Shown: positions 55,885-64,000 of the stretch, piece by piece
How positions within the stretch are numbered: position 1 is the first letter of the stretch
How the letters are laid out: each line of letters begins with the position of its first letter
Assembly: GCA_963695855.1 (NCBI GenBank)
Contig: CAVOHZ010000010.1
Location: 224,001-288,000, forward strand
Length of the DNA stretch: 64,000 nt
From: an uncultured Nitrososphaerales archaeon
GTDB taxonomy: Archaea; Thermoproteota; Nitrososphaeria; Nitrososphaerales; Nitrososphaeraceae
Reading direction: 5' to 3'
Notes under the pieces: model-generated
The model's input: the letters and a program-made list of their open reading frames with translations, nothing else
Told to the model about the DNA's origin: nothing
Database searches by the model: none
Made by a program: the position numbers and the translations under genes

Positions 55885-56572
55885 GAGCCTATCCCAAAAT
55901 ATCCTCCTGTAGATAATAATGCTATTAGCCAATAGTACAAGACCTAGATAGTTCTCCTCATCCTTCTTTTCATATCTTGTAAATAACTTCCTCAATCTAT
56001 TGTGCCATGAATTTGTTCTCTCTACAACCCATCTTCTTGAGGGATGTTTTGTAGAAAATATTCTTTCTTTTTCTCTTCTGTGTCGTATATGCGGTATGTA
56101 TCCCCTTTTGACCATTTCTTGTTCTACTTCGTTGGAATGATATGCTTTATCAAGACACAGATTTTGTTTCCTCTGGTTATGCTTTACTTTCTTTGGGAGA
56201 TGATGATGGTCTTTTGATTACAATGTTATCAACTGTATCAATTGCAACAGTAACATCGTGAGTATTCGCAGATGTTATAACAGTAGAGGGAGGAATACCA
56301 TCTTTATCTGTAAGAATATGTCTTTTGCTGCCTAATTTGCTTCTGTCAGTAGGATTATGGCCTGTCCTCGCCCCCCTAAAGGTGACTTTATAGAGATGCT
56401 GTCAAGTGATTGCCATTTCCATTTTCATCTGGTAAAATATTTTTAATTTCATACCATAGGTCATCTGGAATACGTATAATTGTTCTAACATATTTTTTAC
56501 TCTTACTCAAACATTATCACATATGATAGGAAACCAACGAGCTATATTCCTATCTATTTTTGGGATAGGCTC
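55885..56572 (-). mobile_element. Internally deleted IS5-family element (same type as 31264-32166)
   Basis: Both TIRs intact, TSD taa, most of ORF A missing. Confidence 0.9.
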
Positions 56573-56687
56573 TAAATTTATTATACATTAAACACATATA
56601 TAAAAAGAGTTTTGTACAACTAAACAATCAAAAACTTTGCTTATATTATTGAGCTAAAAATAAAAAAATAAAAGAAATGATGATTGA

Positions 56688-57200
56688 TTATTTTGCTAGG
56701 TTCTCCAGATGTCCTAAAACCACTCCATATCCTATGTCTTCTACCAGGTTATAAGCTCCTCTGTAATCAAAGAGATTCTGAAGCATGAGCAATCCTGATT
56801 GTACTTCAATTACATCTTCAGAATTTGTATTTTTTAGTTCTGGAATCAATCCAACAAAGATCGTTTGTGCAGTTTTCAGGTGGTCTCTAGCGACCTGATA
56901 TTCTTTCTGATCAACTAATTTTCCTTCACCCACTCCCTTTATCTTTTCTACGAGTGTGAGGTTAACTGCTACAGGAGTATGTTCACCCTCAACGTACTGG
57001 GCTCCCATAGCCTTGGCATACGATTGTAGTGCTTGATCAACGTGTGTTGATGCTTCCTGAACTGACTTCTTGACATCATCCTGTCCATATGCATTCGGAC
57101 TTGATAAAGCAGAGTAGCCAGAAAAAATGGCTATTGACAATGATAGCATCAACAAACTAAAGAAAATTACTTCTTCCTTTTGTATAGTTATTCGCTTCAT
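56688..57200 (-). CDS. Secreted helical-bundle hypothetical protein
   Basis: Signal peptide and amphipathic helices. Confidence 0.75.
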   Translation of the reverse strand: MKRITIQKEEVIFFSLLMLSLSIAIFSGYSALSSPNAYGQDDVKKSVQEASTHVDQALQSYAKAMGAQYVEGEHTPVAVNLTLVEKIKGVGEGKLVDQKEYQVARDHLKTAQTIFVGLIPELKNTNSEDVIEVQSGLLMLQNLFDYRGAYNLVEDIGYGVVLGHLENLAK

Positions 57201-57371
57201 TGTAGCTATGTTTAATACATCATTTTATAAAGAGTGAGCGTACAATAAATTACACTGCAACAAGTATCAGTATATTTCTCATTCAATAGATAAGACTAAT
57301 AATAACAGAAATAGGCCAATTTTTTGTTATTATTACCCGTTGTTTATTTATAATTCAAATCAAAAAAAAAA

Positions 57372-57816
57372 TTATTTTTGAGGTACTACTGTCATTTTTC
57401 CTTTTATGTTTAAGGGATCAGGTACTAGAATAGAAAGGATAATCTCCAGGTGATAGATTAAATGATAGATATTCGGAAAACGATCCAGGCATAATCATCT
57501 TTGTGTCGAATATTTTACCTGCCATTTGGTCATCTGGACTTGCACCATTTGTAAACGAATGATCTTTCGTTGAATTATTCAAGATCAATACCTCCTCTCC
57601 CTGCTTGATTGTAAATTCAGATGGCTTAAAGAGTACATTTCCGCTTTTATCTTCATTGATATGGAGAACTACAGCGATCGGAGAAGCATCTGGGCTGGTG
57701 TCAGGCGTATGTATCTGACCATCTATAGATTGTACTGCAAATGAATTTACGCTAAAGGTTAACAAGGCTAAAAGAGCTGACAAAATTATGGTGTTTGAAA
57801 TTATTTTTTTAGTCAT
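57372..57816 (-). pseudogene. Cupredoxin-fold protein lacking Cys/His/Met ligands, with a 1-nt frameshift near 57420
   Basis: FKPSEFTIKQGE, DHSFT, PGDYPFYSST; removing one base continues DPLNIKGKMTVVPQK*. Confidence 0.7.
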
Positions 57817-58232
57817 TTTCTTATTAACAATATATTATTTGATACCAATATTTCATTTTTTTCTTTTTTATCTTGATTTTACTGTTATAATAATAAAATA
57901 AAATATTATTTTATTTTATTTTTCTTTTTTTTTTTGATTTAGATTAATTAATTCATTAACTAATCTAATATACTAGCAATATTTGTTAATGACTACGTAA
58001 ATAGCAATCCAGTTTTCGATCAAAAAAGCAACATTCAATGATGTACCAACTATTTACCCCGACATGCAGAAGAGACGTTACAAAAATTTAAATTTAATTT
58101 ATAGGACTTACAGACTGAGTTGGATACAGACAATAAAGAAATAAACACGGAGGAGATAAGAAGTATATTGAAAGCGATGGAGTATTTATGTGACGAACTT
58201 GACGACTTACCTTTATTGATGGATAAATCGAA

Positions 58233-58427
58233 ATGAGTATGCCATTAATATGTTCTATTGCGGAATGCGCACGTCCTGGGAGTATCTCTACATTTATTGT
58301 TGCAGACATAAAAGACGGAAATCTTGGAAGACAGAATGTAAGAGTTACATTCTGTGAGTATCATAGGGAGATTGCATTCTCACAACAACAATGTCCATCA
58401 CCATCACCAGAAGAACAGAAGAAATGA
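58233..58427 (+). CDS. Small Cys/His (Zn-finger-like) protein
   Basis: CSIAEC...FCEYH. Confidence 0.45.
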   Translation: MSMPLICSIAECARPGSISTFIVADIKDGNLGRQNVRVTFCEYHREIAFSQQQCPSPSPEEQKK

Positions 58428-58862
58428 GTCAAAGTAATATTTATCCAAAAAACTGTAGGTATGGTTGTAATACAAGGATTTACTGCAATACTGCAGAAAA
58501 ATACATACTTTGAAGTACTTGGACAAAAGAAGCATGTTTGTCCGAATAGAACTAACAACAAAGTAGCTTTTACTACTCCTAGTAGTACTACAACATATTA
58601 TAGTAAAAAACCTGGAATCCTAAACCAAAAATGTCAATTCCTTTGAGTTCTTGCAGGGTAGTGTTGCAAGTGTACAGAGACAGTAGACACAGAATCTTTA
58701 TTTATATTAATTTTATATTTTAATAAGGAATAAGATTTAATAGCATTATGAATGAAAAAAGAAGACTTGTATATTCAACTTTTTTCAGTTAATTTAGTAT
58801 TTTAGAAACAATACAGTTTGGAATTATAATGTTATACGGTAAGATAACCATCTTTTTATATT

Positions 58863-59606
58863 ATGCTTGATTTTGTCAATTTAATGAATATCAATTTTAA
58901 TAGCAAAAATAACAGATACTACATTCTTTTGTTTATGGTATCTGTATTTAGTACAATAGTTTTTCTTGCTAGTTATAATGACGTTCAATCGGTATTTGCA
59001 AATCCTCAAGTTATGGACCCAAATCAGATGCAGACAATGATGAAACAGATGAATAAAACTGGTATGATGATGGGACCGGTGATGGGACCGGTGATGGGAC
59101 CAATGATGACAGGGCAGCAATGGCCTATGATGGGACCGATGATGGGACCGATGATGGGACAACAACCGCCTATGATGGGACCGATGATGGGACCGATGAT
59201 GGGACAACAACCGCCTATGATGGGACCGATGATGGGACAACAACCGCCTATGATGGGACCGATGATGGGACAACAACCGCCTATGATGGGACCGATGATG
59301 GGACAACAACCGCCTATGATGGGACCGATGATGGGACAACAACCGCCTATGATGGGACCGATGATGGGAATGGGACAAGGTATGACAATGCCCTGTATGA
59401 TGATGGCACCGATGATGATGGGAAATCAGACTATGATGGGTATGATGCCATGTATGATGAATCCAGGAATGATGATGGGAGGACAACAAGCGCCTATGAT
59501 GGGACAGATGATGATGATGGACCCAAACCAGATGCAGACAATGATGAAACAGATGAATAAAACTGGTATGATGATGGCACCGATGATGGGAGCGACTAAT
59601 AAATAA
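58863..59606 (+). CDS. Secreted low-complexity Met-rich repeat protein
   Basis: Signal peptide followed by GPMM and GQQPPMMGPMM repeats; about 80 Met in 247 aa. Confidence 0.85.
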   Translation: MLDFVNLMNINFNSKNNRYYILLFMVSVFSTIVFLASYNDVQSVFANPQVMDPNQMQTMMKQMNKTGMMMGPVMGPVMGPMMTGQQWPMMGPMMGPMMGQQPPMMGPMMGPMMGQQPPMMGPMMGQQPPMMGPMMGQQPPMMGPMMGQQPPMMGPMMGQQPPMMGPMMGMGQGMTMPCMMMAPMMMGNQTMMGMMPCMMNPGMMMGGQQAPMMGQMMMMDPNQMQTMMKQMNKTGMMMAPMMGATNK

Positions 59607-60221
59607 GTAATTTCATTTTTTTTATTTTTTACCAATCATAAATAGTTAAATTTTTAATTTTTCTAGCAGTGCCATTTTCAATAAATTTTTCTGAGAATTT
59701 AAATAAACATCCCTTATTTATTTATCATTGAATCTTTAAAGAATGAAAATGGAAATTTATATTGTCGTAATAATTGAAATTACCAATAATCAAATTAGAA
59801 AAAGATAACCTTGAACATTTTTAATACAAATAATGAAATTGTGTTAACTTGTAAAAAAAACTAATTTCTTGACAACGATAAAGCACATCAATTTGAATTT
59901 GCCATATATGGGAATTGACATATTCGGTATTTAGCTTTTTATTAGGAAATCAGAAGTCTTCTCAGGACCTGTGTCATTGATTTCAGCTTTAATCTTGAAT
60001 TGTTATGAGTTCAACAGACACTTGATTCATCAATAACAATCACTCCCTTAGAATCTACAATTAATAACGGCAATAATACAACAACAGTAAGAGAACAGAC
60101 AACAACGATAGGACCTGTTGCCTCTTTATAATAAATTTTTAAGCATATTGGTGAAGTAAATGCAAGACAGATAAAAAAAGTAAATTTACAATTAAAAAGA
60201 TGATTATATAGGACAGCTTGT

Positions 60222-61349
60222 TTACATACCACCGCCACCGTTCATTGACATACCACCACCACCACCACCGTTCATTGACATATTCATTGAATTAGAACCC
60301 ATCATAGAACCAGTATTGGTAGCATTTTTAGAGGGAGAAAGAGTGAATGTCATTTCGTTTTTCACATTTTGATTATTTTTACTAATACTAGTACCATCAT
60401 CATTCTGTACTATTTTCTGAGCAATATTCAGAATATCAGGTTTTGTTAACATGACATGAACTATGTCTTTAGAGGAATTTGTTCTATCTACCATTATTGA
60501 TTTAGGAGACAAATCAATATTATTGATAGTACCTGTATATCCGTTGGCAGCTAAAGGACTAGGATTTGGAATGGATAATTCCTCGTGAACATAAACACTC
60601 ACTTTTTTTAACCTATCAAGATTCCAATCAAAAGGCATTCCAAATTTTAATTCATTATTAGGAGAATCATAGTTGAAATTATTTAATTCGTCATAATATG
60701 AAATTGCTTGTATTGGATAAGATGTTCCATTAATTTCAATATTCTTATCTATTGAATAACCTACACTAAGCCAGCCTTCATACACAGGCTGTTTATCTGT
60801 TGGAAGCATGGTTGTGTCAAAATCAAGTGTTACTATAGTGACAATAAAGTGATATAGCCCTCCCTCGGCAAATATTGGACCTGTTGCAGATACAAGATGT
60901 TCCATATCGCCAGTATAAGCTGCCATAATAGGGTCTTGTTCCCCATATATTATAATGTGATCAGCACTAGAAGGTTTCATCTGTATTCCTAGATTGCCTG
61001 TATGAGAATGAAAAGTATCTAATAATAGACGCTTTCCACTTTTTTCAATCTCTATTAGATATGTTACATGGTTTATACTTTTATTAGTAGCTTTATCATC
61101 TAGTTTGAATTGAATTAAAGGATTTTGACCACCTTTTAAAGTCTCTGTTGTAACTACAGGAGGCCACATCTTTATCAAAAGTGAAAGGTCCCTTCCACCC
61201 ACGGATGCTGATAATTCTTCCATAAACAAACCATCTCCAAATATGGGAATAAATGGAAATGAGCTAGTAACAAATAGCAGAGGAAGAATAGCAAATAAAA
61301 TAGAGATTATAAATCTATTAGTTTTCATAATGGTAGTAATAATAATCAT
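60222..61349 (-). CDS. Secreted thaumarchaeal protein (PEFG-CTERM-associated family) ending in a Met/Gly tail
   Basis: DGLFMEEL, FHSH, GGLYHF, SYYD, MPFDW, VHEE motifs; family recalled, not searched. Confidence 0.7.
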   Translation of the reverse strand: MIIITTIMKTNRFIISILFAILPLLFVTSSFPFIPIFGDGLFMEELSASVGGRDLSLLIKMWPPVVTTETLKGGQNPLIQFKLDDKATNKSINHVTYLIEIEKSGKRLLLDTFHSHTGNLGIQMKPSSADHIIIYGEQDPIMAAYTGDMEHLVSATGPIFAEGGLYHFIVTIVTLDFDTTMLPTDKQPVYEGWLSVGYSIDKNIEINGTSYPIQAISYYDELNNFNYDSPNNELKFGMPFDWNLDRLKKVSVYVHEELSIPNPSPLAANGYTGTINNIDLSPKSIMVDRTNSSKDIVHVMLTKPDILNIAQKIVQNDDGTSISKNNQNVKNEMTFTLSPSKNATNTGSMMGSNSMNMSMNGGGGGGMSMNGGGGM

Positions 61350-61901
61350 TTATAGTATTATAATATTATTGTTATAGAACCTTGTCAAATCCTCGGTTTA
61401 TCTATATTTGATATTTGAAATAAATGTGTCAAAAGTAGATTGATATTATTTATTACAAATGCAAACAGTTGAAGCTGGGCCATAATTCGGTTAGTAAAAG
61501 CTCAATAAATAATCGATAAAAAGTTTATTCTAATTCTGTCTTTATAAGTTTATTCTAATTCTGTCTTTATGTATGATAATTGCAGGATTGTAGTACTAAG
61601 CAAACAAGAAAAGAGACAGAACAAAAAAACATCATTGTATAACCAGTTTCAGACTATTGCTATCAAATGAGTTCTATTATTAGAAAATTAAATCCATAGG
61701 CCAAAGATATAAAATTCAAAATAGATAGATTTACTGAAACATTTTTGAATGAGCTATTATCTCTGGTATTTCTATTGTCATGTATTCCTTACATTTTTGG
61801 TTGTCTAGAGTAATTTATAAAAAAACCAACGAATTTTTGTTTGCATTCTGTTAGTTAGTGTTGCAAGGTACTCATAATTTTTAAATAGCACTATAAGTAG
61901 C

Positions 61902-62732
61902 GTGTTATTAATGTTACATAATTTTGTTTCAGTAGTTGTTGTTGCATCAATCTTTCTAGTTACTATAGTAGCCTCTAATCAGGTATCTGCACAACCTGTA
62001 AGTATCTTACAACAGAATAATAATGCAATCTATGCAGTAAGCATAGTTCCTGGTGCAGCACAAAAAAATAATACTTATCATTACTATCCACCCGTTATTG
62101 CTGTACCTCAGGGAACGACTGTTGGTTGGTTCAACAGCGATTATGGACAGCCGCATACTGTAACTAGCGGTGCAATAGGTGATGCTGATTCTGGTTCTCT
62201 ATTTAACTCTGGTATTATGCCTGCAACTGCTAATTCATTCTTTCAATATACATTTTCAAAAACTGGAGATATTCTGTACCACTGTGAAATTCATCCATGG
62301 CGAGTAGGAAAGGTCTCTACAAATAACGTATATGAAACAGGACATTATTTCCAAATTTCTTATGGTGCAGGGGCTTCATGGGATTTAACAAAGGATCCTA
62401 GGTCACTTATGATTATCAAACCAAGTACTGTTCCCCTAGATAAAAAAACTGCAATTTCCTATAATATTACTATCCAAGATAGCGAAGATAAAAGATTATT
62501 CTCAAATAACTATAATACAATCGGGGATAGTCTTCCGATAGAATTTATCTCTGGTGGAAATGAAACGAGTTCATATGGTCCAGATTTTAGTAGTACAGGT
62601 GCATATCATGTCCTAGCAGGATTTCTAGAGAACGATAAAGCCTATAAAATGACAGCTGAGATTAGTTCTATAAATTACCAACAACCAGATTCTAGAATAA
62701 TAGACGAGTTTATTTTTAAAACCGTTTCTTAA
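61902..62732 (+). CDS. Secreted cupredoxin-domain protein (HPWR variant, paralog 3)
   Basis: PHTVT, YHCEIHPWR, GPDFSSTGAYHV. Confidence 0.85.
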   Translation: MLLMLHNFVSVVVVASIFLVTIVASNQVSAQPVSILQQNNNAIYAVSIVPGAAQKNNTYHYYPPVIAVPQGTTVGWFNSDYGQPHTVTSGAIGDADSGSLFNSGIMPATANSFFQYTFSKTGDILYHCEIHPWRVGKVSTNNVYETGHYFQISYGAGASWDLTKDPRSLMIIKPSTVPLDKKTAISYNITIQDSEDKRLFSNNYNTIGDSLPIEFISGGNETSSYGPDFSSTGAYHVLAGFLENDKAYKMTAEISSINYQQPDSRIIDEFIFKTVS

Positions 62733-62843
62733 TATTTTTATTTTATCTATCTATATCGTTGGTCATATCATTTCTTCTGCAAAATAATACAATCACGTTA
62801 AGATATTTTTAAATGTTCTACATGCTAATTAGTTATTTTCAAA

Positions 62844-63140
62844 TCAGTTATTTTTCAAATCATCCTCAATTTGACAAAATTGTTCTAATACTGATTTAAG
62901 ATTTTCGATTATTTCCTGTCTTATTATATTTGGGAAAGTAAGATTATCCGAATCTTGAAGACTCTCATCTCTTGAACAGAAAACATCAAGATTGACTTTC
63001 TCTTTTTAAAAGTTCATCATAAGTAAAACTTTTGAATCTTTCCGTTTCCTTTCTCTTGTGTCTGTTTTCAGGGTTATAACATTTTATGAAATCTTTCAAA
63101 ACTTCATATTGAGTGCCAATCTTCAGAGTAAATTTTTATC
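62844..63140 (-). pseudogene. hsdM: C-terminal remnant of a type I restriction-modification methyltransferase
   Basis: DFIKCYNPENRHKRKETERFKSFTYDEL...KVNLDVF...DESLQDSDNL...QEIIENLKSVLEQF across frameshifts. Confidence 0.7.
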
Positions 63141-63364
63141 TTTTTGTAAATTATTCTTTATTGTTGTAACAAGAGACAAAGATGTTGATTGGTTCCATAC
63201 GATAAAAAAATGACTATCTCTTGGTTAATTAAATGATATTAGACGCCTTCAAAATATTGGGCATTTCATTTAATGTAAACAGATACATATTGTATAAAAT
63301 TAGAAGTGCCATAGTAGCCTAACTGCAGCGATTTGAATTTGTCATATACGGTGCCTTGTTGAAT

Positions 63365-64000
63365 ACATGTAAAAGTCTTTTCCTGTTATCTATTCTCTTA
63401 TCCAACTGGCTAACCCCTTGTTGTGCGTGACCTGTCTTACTAGGATAAGGTCTTGCTTGTTGAATGGGGATATGTGTAAGCTGCTGTATATGTGAGCCAT
63501 AAAGAGCTCTGATAGATGTTTGCAGCTTTGTCTGGCTAGTTGGTTGGTTGGTTGGTATACTGATACTAGTATCATAATAAAAAAAAGGAGGTGAAAAAGA
63601 GAATAGAAGAAAAAATAATAGAATCAAGAAAAGATGATAGTTACTATATTGCGGTAGACATTGGAAAGAAAAACTGTGTTGTATGTATAACAGATAAGGA
63701 TGGTTCCATAATAGAAGAAACAAAATATGATAATACTCTACAAGAAGCAGAAAGATTTGCTTCTCATTTGGATAAAAAGTATAGCAACAGAAAATGTCAT
63801 GCTGTTTGTGAATCAACAGCGAATATGTGGTTAAAGACATACGAAGCATTTGAGAAATATGGTATAGATGTTAAACTGGCTAATCCTCTGAAGACCAAGG
63901 CAATAGCAGAAGCAAGGATAAAAACAGATAAACTAGATGCTAGAATATTAGCACATTTACTACGATCTAATTTGATTGCAGAATCATATATTGCTCCAGA
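63365..64000 (+). mobile_element. IS110-family element with 5' non-coding end; recombinase from GTG 63591 runs off the window
   Basis: IAVDIGK, VCEST, ANP, KTDKLDARILA; GGAG directly before the start. Confidence 0.9.
63402..63543 (+). ncRNA. Predicted bridge RNA
   Basis: Outer stem ccaactggct/ggctagttgg; two arms (cccc/gggg and aagctgc/gcagctt), each with an internal loop; guide cttgttgaat equals the left flank 63355-63364. Confidence 0.75.

Noticed and set aside
59060-59370. Possible CRISPR array
   Set aside because: Tandem in-frame coding repeats with no unique spacers and no cas genes.
58881-59560. His-rich (HHRS)n antisense ORF and Asp/Thr-rich (DGTDD)n alternate-frame ORF
   Set aside because: Stop-free shadows of the ATGATG repeats; only the Met frame has a signal peptide and proper gene context.
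61471-61488. Solo sequence resembling the TIR of the 23576/52496 IS type
   Set aside because: No partner TIR or transposase; too short to call.

Overview
AT-rich archaeal DNA, most likely from an ammonia-oxidising archaeon of the Nitrososphaeraceae (Ca. Nitrosocosmicus-like). This assignment is an inference from cupredoxins, a cyclase-receiver fusion, a PEFG-CTERM-type protein family, a LysX fragment and the IS types. The window is a heavily rearranged accessory island with about 18 IS copies or remnants (IS5, IS630, IS481, IS6, IS110 families), several of them nested, plus many short duplications. The left half (about 6-35 kb) carries a divergent two-subunit group-3-type [NiFe] hydrogenase with hypF, hypC, hypD, hypE and a maturation protease. 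Its neighbours resemble the mycobacterial hypoxia regulon: USPs, a COG2187 kinase, a dienelactone-hydrolase-like protein and a P-type ATPase; a CoA-transferase also lies here. The right half (about 38-63 kb) is a copper-related cluster of four secreted Met-rich proteins and cupredoxins; three paralogous cupredoxins across the window carry Arg where the axial Met is expected. Two IS110-family elements have readable bridge/seek-RNA guide loops, and both appear to target the terminal inverted repeats of other IS elements. No rRNA, tRNA or CRISPR array was recognised. All alignments, counts and RNA folds were done by eye.
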